Source: an uncultured Pseudomonadales bacterium
Lineage (GTDB): Bacteria; Patescibacteriota; Microgenomatia; UBA1400; PJMF01
Direction of reading: 5' to 3'
Assembly (NCBI GenBank): GCA_964607285.1
Contig: CAZSJW010000001.1
Span: forward strand, 2,514-66,513
Length of the DNA stretch: 64,000 nucleotides
The translations under genes and the position numbers were made by a program. Under the pieces are notes generated by a model. It made no database searches and was not told where the DNA came from. It worked only from the letters and a program-made list of their open reading frames with translations. Below are positions 1-9,135 of the stretch, one piece after another. Every line of letters starts with the position of its first letter. Positions within the stretch are counted from its first letter, which is position 1.

Positions 1-639
1 TCTGAAGTCAAAGAGTTTGAAGAGAAAGTTATCCAGATCTCCCGCGTTTCTAAAAAAACCAAGGGTGGAAACAAAGTTGGGTTTTCAGTTCTCATGGTTG
101 TTGGTGACAAAAAAGGCAATGTAGGCGTTGGCCTTGGAAAAGCACAAGATGTACTTTCAGCAATCAAAAAAGGCATTAAGAAAGCCAAAAAGAAGCTAAT
201 TGCAGTGCCGCTAGATGGTACCACCATTCCTTTCAGAGTAGATGTCAAAAAAGGTGCTGGCCGAGTACTTCTGATGCCTGCTCCAAAAGGTTCAGGTGTT
301 ATTGCGGGTGGACCTGTCAGAGCAGTCGTTGAGGCGGCTGGAGTGCGAGATATTTCGAGTAAAATTCTTGGTTCTTCCAATCAAGCATCTAGCGTGTATG
401 CCACATTTGAAGCGCTGAAACAAATTCGCACTATTGTGGAGATGAAAGGTCTAAAACTCAAATCTATTGCCGAAATTGAGGCTGAAGAAGCCAAGGTTGT
501 GCAAGAATTGCAAGAAAAAGCAAAAATGAAGTCTGAAGTGAAACAGGTTGAAGCAGTGAAGAGTGCAGCGGTTGCAAAACCAGCACCTAAAAAATCACTC
601 AACAAAAAAGGAGCTGTTCCAAAAGCAGCTGCTAAGTAA
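1..639 (+). CDS. rpsE: 30S ribosomal protein S5, 5'-truncated at window edge; long K/A/E-rich C-terminal tail
   Basis: Frame 1 reads SEVKEFEEKVIQISRVSKKTKGGNKVGFSVLMVVGDKKGNVGVGLGKA..., the conserved S5 core. The ORF is open from nt 1. There is a ~70-aa lysine/alanine-rich extension after the conserved ...FEALKQIRT end. Confidence 0.9.
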   Translation, partial: SEVKEFEEKVIQISRVSKKTKGGNKVGFSVLMVVGDKKGNVGVGLGKAQDVLSAIKKGIKKAKKKLIAVPLDGTTIPFRVDVKKGAGRVLLMPAPKGSGVIAGGPVRAVVEAAGVRDISSKILGSSNQASSVYATFEALKQIRTIVEMKGLKLKSIAEIEAEEAKVVQELQEKAKMKSEVKQVEAVKSAAVAKPAPKKSLNKKGAVPKAAAK

Positions 640-650
640 GGATACAACTC

Positions 651-1091
651 ATGTCAATTTTATCTAAACTATTTTCTACCACAACCAGAACTATGAAACG
701 ACGTGGTCGCGGAATTGGTTCAGGCAAAGGTGGACATACATCTGGCAGAGGTCAAAAAGGACAAAAATCCCGACAAGGTGCAAATGTGCCACTGTGGTTC
801 GAGGGTGGACAGTTGCCATTGATCAAACGCCTCCCTATGCTTCGTGGTAAGGGATTATTGAAACCACTAAACAAAACAGTGGAAGTTACACTATCTGAGT
901 TGAATGCACTCAATCTAGAAGAAGTTACCGTGGATAGTCTAAAACTCGCGCGGGTTATCGACAAACGTGCAAAAAACGCTAAAATCATTGCTACTGGTTC
1001 TTTGACAAGAGCAGTGAAAGTTACTGGCCTTCGTTCATCTGCTAAAGCAAAAGCAGCGATAGAACAAGCAGGTGGCTCTATACAAGACTGA
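651..1091 (+). CDS. rplO: 50S ribosomal protein L15
   Basis: MSILSKL...KRRGRGIGSGKGGHTSGRGQKGQKSRQG matches the L15 N-terminal signature. It directly follows rpsE with no L30 gene between. Confidence 0.9.
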   Translation: MSILSKLFSTTTRTMKRRGRGIGSGKGGHTSGRGQKGQKSRQGANVPLWFEGGQLPLIKRLPMLRGKGLLKPLNKTVEVTLSELNALNLEEVTVDSLKLARVIDKRAKNAKIIATGSLTRAVKVTGLRSSAKAKAAIEQAGGSIQD

Positions 1092-1127
1092 TAGTACAAA
1101 GCTCAAGGCACTACCTAAGGCTACAGA

Positions 1128-2411
1128 GTGAACAGAATTACAAACCTGTTTAAAACAGTGTTGAAGACGCGCGAACTGCGAAATAAACTGCTATTTACAG
1201 CGGCCATTTTTTTCATATTCCGATTATTTGCACATATCCCAGTCCCGTCTGTAGATGTTCTGCAACTGAGATCATTTCTCCAAGGTAGTCAGTTTTTAAG
1301 TCTACTCAATGTATTTTCAGGTGGTACGCTTCAAAACTTTTCAATTGTAGCTGTGGGGATAAACCCATACATTACCGCCACTATCGTTATGCAGCTTGCG
1401 GCGATGGTCATCCCAAGTCTCAAAGAGATGCAGAAAGATGGTGAAGCTGGCCGAGAGCGTGTCAATCAGTTCTCAAGACTTCTGTCTGTTCCACTGGCTG
1501 TTGGGCAGAGTATTTCTGTGTTAGTGTTGCTACGTTCTCAAGGTTTACTCCTAACCAGTGATCCACTATCAATTGTTGCAATGATATTTAGTTTAGTAGC
1601 GGGAGCTATGATACTCACTTGGCTTGGAGAGCTAGTTTCTCAATATGGTTTGGGAAATGGTATCTCAATGATTTTGCTAGGTGGTATTTTGAGCCAGATC
1701 CCTCAAGCATTTGCACAGATAGCACTAGTTTCCAGCAGTGATCAATTTTTAGTTCTGGCCACGTTTGCCATACTCTTTTTGCTTATCATCGCTATGGTTG
1801 TTTTTATGAACGAGGCTATTAGAAAAGTGACAATACAGTATGCACAGCGGCAGCGTGGGAGTCAGGTCTATGGTGGTCAGCAGACTCACTTGCCTATTAA
1901 GGTAAACGTAGCAGGCGTGATGCCAATAATTTTTGCTGTGTCTATTATGCTAGTACCGTCCTTTATAGCTCGGCTGTTAGTTGCGTCTGGTCAGGATTCT
2001 ATGATCAAGTTTGGTCAGGAATTGACTGTAGCCTTTTCGCAAACTTCTTTGTTATACATCGCAACCTATTTTGTCATTGTTTTTGGCTTCACCTTTTTCT
2101 CAGCACTACTGTTTTTCAATGCAGAAGATATCTCTAAAGAACTCAAGAAGTCGGGTGCGTTCTTGCCAGGGATTCGCCCCGGTGGTGCAACTAAGAAATT
2201 TCTTGAATACATAGTGACACGAGTCACTGTGGCAGGTGCATTGTTTCTGGGTGTGATAGCTGTTATGCCATCACTAGCACAACGATTTACAGACATTGGT
2301 TCATTAGCCGTAAGCGGTACAAGCGTATTAATTGTTGTTTCGGTCATTCTTGAAACCGCCAAGCAGATCGAAAGTATGTTGGTCGAACAAAATTACGATA
2401 AATATCTCTAG
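1128..2411 (+). CDS. secY: Preprotein translocase subunit SecY (GTG start)
   Basis: 427-aa polytopic membrane protein in the canonical position after rplO; SecY-like TM pattern and conserved segments. Confidence 0.92.
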   Translation: MNRITNLFKTVLKTRELRNKLLFTAAIFFIFRLFAHIPVPSVDVLQLRSFLQGSQFLSLLNVFSGGTLQNFSIVAVGINPYITATIVMQLAAMVIPSLKEMQKDGEAGRERVNQFSRLLSVPLAVGQSISVLVLLRSQGLLLTSDPLSIVAMIFSLVAGAMILTWLGELVSQYGLGNGISMILLGGILSQIPQAFAQIALVSSSDQFLVLATFAILFLLIIAMVVFMNEAIRKVTIQYAQRQRGSQVYGGQQTHLPIKVNVAGVMPIIFAVSIMLVPSFIARLLVASGQDSMIKFGQELTVAFSQTSLLYIATYFVIVFGFTFFSALLFFNAEDISKELKKSGAFLPGIRPGGATKKFLEYIVTRVTVAGALFLGVIAVMPSLAQRFTDIGSLAVSGTSVLIVVSVILETAKQIESMLVEQNYDKYL

Positions 2412-2453
2412 TGGCAGTCATAGAGCGGCGAGAGTCGCTACTCAAGGAGTTAT

Positions 2454-2990
2454 ATGAAACTCGTTCTTATCGGTATTCAGGGTGCAGGCAAGTCAACTCA
2501 AGGTAGCCTGCTTTCCGAAAAATACAACATTCCCTATCTTTCATCTGGTCACATCTTTCGTGAGATGGCAAAGGAGAAAACAAAGTTAGGTCGTTGGCTC
2601 AAAGAAACACTAAATTCAGGTGCACTAGTACCTGATGACACCACGTTAGAAGTTGTGCTTACCTATTTGGAGAAGCCTGAGTACGCAGGAGGCTATATTT
2701 TGGATGGTTTTCCTAGGACTGTCCCCCAAGCAGAGGCATTTAATGGTAGCATTGAAAAAGTTGTACTTATTGATGTCTCAGACAAAGAGGCCCTTTGGCG
2801 AATAGCGGGAAGAATTAGTGATCGTGAAGACGAAACACTACAGGCTATCCGAAATAGAATTGAGCTATTTCATGAAATGACTGAGCCAGTCGTCAAGTAC
2901 TACGAAAAAATTGGCAAACTTGCACGCATCAATGGTGAGCAAGAAGTAGATGGTGTGTTTGCTGATATCTGCAAATCTCTAGAAAAATAG
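2454..2990 (+). CDS. adk: Adenylate kinase
   Basis: P-loop GIQGAGKSTQ and LSSGHIFRE; AAGGAG RBS 5 nt upstream; canonical position after secY. Confidence 0.92.
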   Translation: MKLVLIGIQGAGKSTQGSLLSEKYNIPYLSSGHIFREMAKEKTKLGRWLKETLNSGALVPDDTTLEVVLTYLEKPEYAGGYILDGFPRTVPQAEAFNGSIEKVVLIDVSDKEALWRIAGRISDREDETLQAIRNRIELFHEMTEPVVKYYEKIGKLARINGEQEVDGVFADICKSLEK

Positions 2991-3003
2991 GTCCAACAGA
3001 AGT

Positions 3004-3747
3004 ATGACTGACTCTGACACACAAAGAATTGCAGCCATGCGTGAAGGTGGTAAGCGTCTCGGTGTGGTCAAACATAGTCTAGAAGAGTTTACCCAGATTG
3101 GCATGTCTTTTGAGGAAATCGAGGCCGAAGCGCAGCGACTCATAGCTGAGGCTGGAGCTGTTCCAAACTTTTCACTTGTCCCTGGGTACCACTGGGCGAC
3201 ATGTATCATGCGAAATGATGAGCTTTGCCATGGAATACCAAAGGGCAAAACTGTGCGCGATAGTGACGTAGTCACTATCGATGTTGGTCTTTTGCATGAG
3301 GGATTCAATCTTGACACAACCACCACATTTATCGTGGGAAGTGCTGACAAAACTACTGCATCATTTGTAGCTAGAGGCAGAGAGATACTGGACGCAGCAA
3401 TTTTTCAGGCTGTGCTTGGGAACTCTGTCTATGATATTAGCAAGGAGATGGAGCGAGGACTGAATCGGTATGACTATGGAGTGGTATACCAACTCACAGG
3501 TCATGGCATTGGCACTCAGTTGCACATGGAGCCTAGCGTCCCTGTTTTTGCAGATTCATCTAGCAAAAAGCACAAACTTTTCCTAGGTCAGACACTAGCT
3601 ATAGAGGTAATGTACACTGCAGGTTCGCCAGAGTTGGTTGAGGATTCAGACGGTTGGACATATAGAACAAAAGATGGCTCACTTAGCGGCATGTTTGAGG
3701 AGACTGTGCTGGTCACAAAGGATGGGCCAGAAGTTTTGACAAAATAG
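3004..3747 (+). CDS. map: Methionine aminopeptidase type I
   Basis: 247 aa with pita-bread fold motifs (DVVTIDVG, HGIGTQLHMEP, ETVLVT); canonical operon position. Confidence 0.92.
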   Translation: MTDSDTQRIAAMREGGKRLGVVKHSLEEFTQIGMSFEEIEAEAQRLIAEAGAVPNFSLVPGYHWATCIMRNDELCHGIPKGKTVRDSDVVTIDVGLLHEGFNLDTTTTFIVGSADKTTASFVARGREILDAAIFQAVLGNSVYDISKEMERGLNRYDYGVVYQLTGHGIGTQLHMEPSVPVFADSSSKKHKLFLGQTLAIEVMYTAGSPELVEDSDGWTYRTKDGSLSGMFEETVLVTKDGPEVLTK

Positions 3748-3758
3748 GGTATACTACC

Positions 3759-4139
3759 TTGCAATTCACACATGAAGAGAATATGAATATGAACACGGAA
3801 CGCCTAGCTCGTTTTGAATTACCACAACCCCCAAGAGACGAGTGGGTTGCTAGACAGTATGTTAAGTACGGTCTTGGTGTTGATCCGTCACTTGAGAGAA
3901 TTGAGCCAGTTGCTACTGAGCTTCTAGCAAATCTAAGTACAGTATTGATTGGTGCAGAACTTGTACTTGGCAGACGAGTGGATGGTGACGTAAAGAAAGA
4001 GCCTGAGGTGTTGCCTTTACTTTTTGCTCGTGGACTTACTGGAAGAGAACGGTTTGGTTTGCTTTTGATGCTAAGAAGTATTGAAGAAGCAATTGCAGCA
4101 AAGCCTGAGACACAAGTTGACAATGGTACTGAAGAATAA
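3759..4139 (+). CDS. Hypothetical protein inserted between map and infA (TTG start at 3759; ATG alternatives at 3783 and 3789)
   Basis: 126-aa ORF in operon orientation with non-repetitive composition. The overlapping antisense ORF is S-rich and low complexity. No family recognised. Confidence 0.45.
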   Translation: MQFTHEENMNMNTERLARFELPQPPRDEWVARQYVKYGLGVDPSLERIEPVATELLANLSTVLIGAELVLGRRVDGDVKKEPEVLPLLFARGLTGRERFGLLLMLRSIEEAIAAKPETQVDNGTEE

Positions 4140-4229
4140 GTTGTTTTTTTTTGATCAAGCTTCATTTTCGGAATAGAACCTACGCTTCTCACTTTTTCAG
4201 TTCATTTGCTAGCAGTAGTATGCAAAATA

Positions 4230-4238
4230 TGGTATAAT
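4230..4238 (+). promoter_or_regulatory. Candidate extended -10 promoter (TGgTATAAT) immediately upstream of infA
   Basis: TGGTATAAT at 4230-4238 matches TGnTATAAT exactly. The ATG at 4248 is about 10 nt downstream, implying a leaderless or near-leaderless infA mRNA. Confidence 0.35.
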
Positions 4239-4247
4239 ATAGGGTCT

Positions 4248-4577
4248 ATGGGTAAAGTCCAAGACCACAAGCGCTCGGCAAAAGCTAAGCGTCAAGTGGA
4301 CAACACCAGCCAGAAATCAGACCGCGATGATCGCTTCGAGGTCGAAGGTGTGGTGGAGGAGTGTTTGCCCAACACCATGTTCCGAGTCAAGATCACCGAC
4401 TCGACAGTCGAGCAAATGAAAGATCGTGTGCTCCTGGGTACATTAGTAGGCAAGATGCGGTTGTTTCGCATCCGAGTCATGCCTGGTGATCAAGTCAGAG
4501 GTTATGTATCTAAATATGACCTCAATAAGTGTAAAATTACCTTTAGATCAACGAAAAGTGGCTCGCAGTCAATTTAG
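4248..4577 (+). CDS. infA: Translation initiation factor IF-1 with N-terminal extension
   Basis: EVEGVVEECLPNTMFRVKI...GKMRLFRIRVMPGDQVRGYVSKYDLNKCKITFR matches the IF-1 S1-like fold motifs. The track ORF start at 4206 would place the promoter-like element inside the CDS. Confidence 0.82.
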   Translation: MGKVQDHKRSAKAKRQVDNTSQKSDRDDRFEVEGVVEECLPNTMFRVKITDSTVEQMKDRVLLGTLVGKMRLFRIRVMPGDQVRGYVSKYDLNKCKITFRSTKSGSQSI

Positions 4578-4652
4578 TACTTTGCAATTTACCAGATCTG
4601 AGGTATATTTCACTTCTGTCCAAATCCCGCACGGAGCGGAAAGAAAACAATC

Positions 4653-4766
4653 ATGAAAGTAAGATCGTCAGTCAAAAAAATGTGCATTCACTGCAAAATG
4701 ATTAAACGCAGAGGTGTCTTGCGCGTTATTTGCCAAGACCCTAAGCATAAGCAACGTCAAGGATAA
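4653..4766 (+). CDS. rpmJ: 50S ribosomal protein L36
   Basis: 37-aa [40 protein letters not shown] with the C-x2-C...C-x4-H zinc ribbon of L36. It is below the ORF-track length cutoff and in canonical position. Confidence 0.85.
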   Translation: MKVRSSVKKMCIHCKMIKRRGVLRVICQDPKHKQRQG

Positions 4767-4769
4767 CCT

Positions 4770-5180
4770 ATGCCTCGTATAGTTGGTGTCGACATTCCAG
4801 AACAAAAAAAAGTGTTTTACGCACTGCAGTCTATATTTGGTGTTGGTCCAAAGATTGCAGCAGATATCATTCGTGAGACTCAGATCAATGGTGATAAGCG
4901 CGCTCGTGAGTTGACGACAGATGAAGTAAACCGTATTCAAAGAGTGATTGAGAAGTTTTTAGTTGAAGGTGATCTTCGCCGTGATATTAATGATACTATT
5001 GATCGTTTGAAACGCATTCGCTCATACCGAGGTATGCGCCATGTAGCGCACTTACCAGCTCGTGGACAGAGAACTCGTTCTAACGGACGCACTGCCCGAG
5101 GTGGTGGCCGCCGCAGAACAGTTGGAGCTATGACAAAGGAAATGGCAGCAAAGCTTGACGCAGCCAAGACTACTAAGTAA
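4770..5180 (+). CDS. rpsM: 30S ribosomal protein S13
   Basis: MPRIVGVDIP...GVGPKIAADII...RSYRGMRH signature. Confidence 0.93.
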   Translation: MPRIVGVDIPEQKKVFYALQSIFGVGPKIAADIIRETQINGDKRARELTTDEVNRIQRVIEKFLVEGDLRRDINDTIDRLKRIRSYRGMRHVAHLPARGQRTRSNGRTARGGGRRRTVGAMTKEMAAKLDAAKTTK

Positions 5181-5190
5181 GAAACATCGT

Positions 5191-5589
5191 ATGGCACAAC
5201 AACGCAATAACACCGCACCACAGAAAAAGAATACTCGACTTGTATCTCGAGGCAGATTGTACGTTACCGCTACATTCAACAGTACACTTGCTAGTGTCAC
5301 CGATGAGCAGGGAAATGTACTTTGCTGGTCAACTGCAGGTGAGTCAGGATTTTCTGGTTCTAGAAAATCTACTCCGTATGCAGCAACAATCACTGTGGAG
5401 AACGCAATCAACAAAGCAAAAGCGTATGGTATGAGTCAGATGGACGTGTTCATTAAAGGTCCAGGTCCTGGACGTGATGTTACTCTACGAGTACTTCGCG
5501 CTCAAGGCATGAGAGTGACTATGATCGCAGACATGACTCCAAACCCACACAATGGTACACGGCCACGCAAGGCAAAGCATAACAAGTAA
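5191..5589 (+). CDS. rpsK: 30S ribosomal protein S11
   Basis: MAQQRNN...RKSTPYAA...KGPGPGRD signature. Start taken at ATG 5191 rather than the track's 5155, based on alignment to S11 length. Confidence 0.92.
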   Translation: MAQQRNNTAPQKKNTRLVSRGRLYVTATFNSTLASVTDEQGNVLCWSTAGESGFSGSRKSTPYAATITVENAINKAKAYGMSQMDVFIKGPGPGRDVTLRVLRAQGMRVTMIADMTPNPHNGTRPRKAKHNK

Positions 5590-5603
5590 GTAAGTGAGAA
5601 TAT

Positions 5604-6209
5604 ATGGCACGTTATACAGGACCAAAAAATAGATTAGCTCGCAAAGTGGGTGAAGACTTAGGACTTAAGTCAAACGCGCTTAAAGTTACGCGTCGTCTTA
5701 CTGTCGGCCCTGGTCAACATGGAGCAGCGAATCGCCGCAAGGTTTCTGACTACGGTGTGCAGCTTAAAGAAAAGCAAAAACTAAAGTACTTATATGGAAT
5801 CTTGGAGAAACAGCTTCGTCGTTTGTACGACAAGGCTACAAGTAATCCTACTGCAACTGGTGCAGCTCTCTTGAGTTTGCTTGAGAGAAGACTAGATAAT
5901 GTAGTGTATCGTCTTGGTTGGGCACCAACTCGTGCCTCTGCTAGACAGCTTGTCAACCACGGTCATGTGTTGGTAAATGGCAAGAAACTCGACATTTCTT
6001 CGTATCGAGTGCAGGTCAATGATGTCGTTTCACTCAAAGACTCTGGTTCAAAGATACCAGCAGTAGCAGACAGAATTAAAGATGAGTCTGCCTTACCAGG
6101 TTGGTTGGAGCGAAAGCACACGGTTGGAAAGATAAGTCGTTTACCTGAGAGAACTGACGTAACTGAAGTAATAACAGAACAATTAGTAGTAGAGTATTAC
6201 AGTCGATAG
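5604..6209 (+). CDS. rpsD: 30S ribosomal protein S4
   Basis: MARYTGPKNRLARKVGEDLGLKS...; S4 domain; 201 aa. Confidence 0.93.
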   Translation: MARYTGPKNRLARKVGEDLGLKSNALKVTRRLTVGPGQHGAANRRKVSDYGVQLKEKQKLKYLYGILEKQLRRLYDKATSNPTATGAALLSLLERRLDNVVYRLGWAPTRASARQLVNHGHVLVNGKKLDISSYRVQVNDVVSLKDSGSKIPAVADRIKDESALPGWLERKHTVGKISRLPERTDVTEVITEQLVVEYYSR

Positions 6210-6268
6210 ACTGAATCTGGAAACGGATTTTCCCGCCACCATGGGAAGAGATGAAACAAGGAGAATAT

Positions 6269-7216
6269 ATGGCACTAAATCTAGCACAATACCCAGGAAT
6301 GAACCCTTCATTCCAAATTACCAGTTCCTCTGCAACAGCCAGTAAGGCAAGCATTGCTTTAGAGCCGTTGGAGCAGGGATATGGTCATACGCTCGGCAAC
6401 GCTCTTCGACGGGTGATGTTAAGTTCATTACCAGGAAGTGCTCTTACTGTAGCTAGAATTGCAGGCGCAGATCATCAATTCTCAACAATTGCGGGAATGA
6501 CTGAAGACATATTGGAGCTTACCCTCAACTTAAAGCTAGTTCGCATCAAAGCAACCTCAGCAGCTGAGACGGGCACAATGCGTCTTACCGTAAAAGGACC
6601 CGCAACAGTTACAGCAGCTGACATTGAACCAACAGCTGGTTTCGAAGTAGTAAACGGTGAACAACACATAGCAACCTTGGCAAAAGGAGCTACTTTGGAC
6701 ATAGAGTTAGCAATTGAGTCTGGTGTCGGGTACTCAACAGCAAATGAGCGAGAGTCCGCAGGAATTGGAGAAATAGTACTAGATGCACTGTACTCACCAG
6801 TAGTAAAAGTTTCTTACCAAGTTGAAGCAACTCGTGTGGGCCGAAGAACTGACTACGATAAGCTAGTTCTTGATGTCCAGACTGACGGAAGCATTACTCC
6901 TCTTGAAGCAGTTCAGCAAGCAGCAATGATACTAGTTCGCCAGTTCGACCAAGTAGTTGAACCTGCACTAGTTGAAGAGCCAAAAATGGAAGTTGCACTC
7001 TCCCCAGAGGAAGCTGAAGTGCTTCGTCTGACTGTAGAGGAACTTGACTTACCAACTCGTATTGCAAACGCATTGCGAAAAGGTGGCTTCAAGACTGTTG
7101 GTGACTTAGTTGGTGTTCCTAGAAACACAGTCGCTAAAGTAAAAAACCTCGGTGGCAAAAGTGTAGTTGTGATTGAAGAAGCACTTGCTAAGAAAGGTGT
7201 TGAGCTAGGTAGTTAA
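6269..7216 (+). CDS. rpoA: DNA-directed RNA polymerase subunit alpha
   Basis: LEPLEQGYGHTLGNALRRVMLSS N-terminal domain motif. AAGGAG RBS at 6258-6263 supports ATG 6269; the track ORF starts at 6251. Confidence 0.92.
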   Translation: MALNLAQYPGMNPSFQITSSSATASKASIALEPLEQGYGHTLGNALRRVMLSSLPGSALTVARIAGADHQFSTIAGMTEDILELTLNLKLVRIKATSAAETGTMRLTVKGPATVTAADIEPTAGFEVVNGEQHIATLAKGATLDIELAIESGVGYSTANERESAGIGEIVLDALYSPVVKVSYQVEATRVGRRTDYDKLVLDVQTDGSITPLEAVQQAAMILVRQFDQVVEPALVEEPKMEVALSPEEAEVLRLTVEELDLPTRIANALRKGGFKTVGDLVGVPRNTVAKVKNLGGKSVVVIEEALAKKGVELGS

Positions 7217-7249
7217 GCTACAGCCAACCATTAGGAAAGAAAAAATTGT

Positions 7250-7702
7250 ATGAGACACAGAGTTAAAGTAAACAAGTTTAACCGTGACACCAAGCACAGA
7301 GAGTCTCTTTTCAAGAATCTCGTACGCTCTTTGGTGGAGCATGGTTCGATTACAACCACTGAACCAAAAGCAAAAGAAGTTAAACGTTTGGCTGATCGTT
7401 TGATAGGTAAAGCCAAAACAGATTCAGTACATATGCGTAGACAACTGCACGAGATATTCGGCAAGCGTGATGTGGTAAACACACTAGTGGACAGAATTGC
7501 TCCATTGTTTACGGATAGAGTGTCTGGTTTCACTACTTTGACTGCCGCAGGCACTCGCAGAGGTGATAATACACGAATGGTAGAGATTTCGCTGGTACTC
7601 AAACCCGAAGTTGCAGGGTTGAAAAATCCTTCACCATCGGTGGCAGCAGAAGTCAAGAAAGTGACTGCGAAACCAGCAGCGAAGTCAGTCAAGAAAGCCT
7701 AA
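7250..7702 (+). CDS. rplQ: 50S ribosomal protein L17 with K/A-rich C-terminal tail
   Basis: MRHRVKVNKFNRDTKHRESLFKNLVRSL signature. Confidence 0.93.
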   Translation: MRHRVKVNKFNRDTKHRESLFKNLVRSLVEHGSITTTEPKAKEVKRLADRLIGKAKTDSVHMRRQLHEIFGKRDVVNTLVDRIAPLFTDRVSGFTTLTAAGTRRGDNTRMVEISLVLKPEVAGLKNPSPSVAAEVKKVTAKPAAKSVKKA

Positions 7703-7705
7703 ATA

Positions 7706-8149
7706 ATGCAAAAAACATACATGCAAAAAACAGCTGATGTGACCCGAGGATGGCACTTAGTTGATGCCGAGGATAAAATCCTAGGTGTGGTGGCTACAGA
7801 GATTGCTGTCAAGCTGATGGGTAAAGACAAAAAAGAGTACACACCACATATTGAGAGTGGTGACTATGTAGTTGTGATCAATGCTGCCAAAGTAGCAGTA
7901 ACAGGCAAAAAACGTGATCATAAAATGTATTACCGTCACTCTAACTACCCTGGTGGTTTGCGAGAAAAGACATTTGCTCAGCTCATAGAAACAAAGCCCG
8001 AGGACATTATCACCTTGGCAGTAAAAAATATGTTACCAAAAAACCGACTTCGTGATCCTCGTTTAGCTCGACTCAAAGTCTATGCTGACGACTCACACAA
8101 GCATCAAAGTCAACTCGGTGGTACTACCGAAGCAAGTACAAGCAAGTAA
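7706..8149 (+). CDS. rplM: 50S ribosomal protein L13
   Basis: KTADVTRGWHLVDAEDKILG...; L13 signature. Lies 4 nt after rplQ, so the L13-S9 operon is fused to the alpha operon. Confidence 0.92.
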   Translation: MQKTYMQKTADVTRGWHLVDAEDKILGVVATEIAVKLMGKDKKEYTPHIESGDYVVVINAAKVAVTGKKRDHKMYYRHSNYPGGLREKTFAQLIETKPEDIITLAVKNMLPKNRLRDPRLARLKVYADDSHKHQSQLGGTTEASTSK

Positions 8150-8169
8150 GTTACGCGAAACGAGATAGT

Positions 8170-8685
8170 ATGGCACTCAAGCTTAGTAAGAAAAACACTA
8201 AAGTTCAAAAAGTTGTAAAAAAAGCTACACCAGTAGCGCAAAAATCAACTCGTAGTTCTGGCGCAGTTCGCTCGCAGGTCACGCTCCCAACTGGCCAATA
8301 TACTGAGGGTGTAGGTCGCCGAAAGGTAGCAACTGCTCGTGTTCGTATTTACGAGGGTATGGGTGATTTTGTAGTCAATGGCCGTGTGGTGGGTGAGTAC
8401 TTTGCAACTGTTCCTTCTGCTACTCTTCGATATCTCCAAGCATTTGAAGTAACTGGTACCAAAGGCAAGTTTGCAGTTAGTGCAAAAGTGTCAGGCTCAG
8501 GTCCCTCAGCTCAATTGGATGCAGTCGTACATGGCTTATCTCGTGCGTTAGTAAAGTTCAATGGTGAATACCGTGGTTTGCTTAAAACAGCAGGCCTTCT
8601 GACTCGTGATGACCGCATGAAAGAGACTCGAAAAATCGGTATGGGTGGTAAAGCTCGCCGAAAACGACAGTCACCAAAGCGATAA
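8170..8685 (+). CDS. rpsI: 30S ribosomal protein S9 with K-rich N-terminal extension
   Basis: C-terminal GGKARRKRQSPKR and GRRKVATARVRI motifs. Confidence 0.92.
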   Translation: MALKLSKKNTKVQKVVKKATPVAQKSTRSSGAVRSQVTLPTGQYTEGVGRRKVATARVRIYEGMGDFVVNGRVVGEYFATVPSATLRYLQAFEVTGTKGKFAVSAKVSGSGPSAQLDAVVHGLSRALVKFNGEYRGLLKTAGLLTRDDRMKETRKIGMGGKARRKRQSPKR

Positions 8686-8726
8686 GCTGAATTTATTTTT
8701 ACTTCGATTTTTTTCTTTGGGTCTTG

Positions 8727-9101
8727 CTAACTATTTTTTGTGGGGCTATTTGCATTTTTATAATAATTTGCCAGAAGCGTGAGTGTTGTTATGGTCGCTG
8801 ATGAAAGTGATAAAACAATACTATCTACAGACATCTGCGCTTCCATCAGCCCAGCCGTATGTAGTAAAAAAGTGATGAGCACAATAGCTAATTCTGGAGC
8901 AGTTGCTAACAGTATATTCAGTATCTCTTTGAGTATAGGTAATGGGTCGGTTGTTTTTTCAGAGGCATCCAGCAATTCCTGAACTAGAACTCCTTTTAAT
9001 AAACCAACAAGCATTGCAACAGAAATGGGAAGTTCAGTTAGGGCGGAAGTAGTTTGTTCTGAGGATTGAGTAAGTACTTCTGCAAGTAATGTAGACTGCA
9101 T
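8727..9101 (-). CDS. Hypothetical small hydrophobic protein, last gene of the ABC operon
   Basis: 124-aa ORF co-directional with and 35 nt downstream of the final permease. Hydrophobic; no family recognised. Confidence 0.3.
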   Translation of the reverse strand: MQSTLLAEVLTQSSEQTTSALTELPISVAMLVGLLKGVLVQELLDASEKTTDPLPILKEILNILLATAPELAIVLITFLLHTAGLMEAQMSVDSIVLSLSSATITTLTLLANYYKNANSPTKNS

Positions 9102-9135
9102 GTTTGTTCGTCAATGAGCTATTTTCCAGAGTATA

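Noticed and set aside
381-647. 88-aa minus-strand ORF antisense to rpsE
   Set aside because: It lies entirely inside the well-supported rpsE CDS on the opposite strand and has low-complexity composition, so it is a spurious antisense ORF.
3713-4192. 159-aa minus-strand S/T-rich ORF overlapping the map-infA insert
   Set aside because: Low-complexity serine-rich translation, antisense to the operon direction with no RBS. The plus-strand ORF is preferred.
4206-4247. Track start of infA ORF at 4206 (MLAVVCKIWYN...)
   Set aside because: That N-terminus would be translated from the promoter-like TGGTATAAT element and has no similarity to IF-1. ATG 4248 was chosen.
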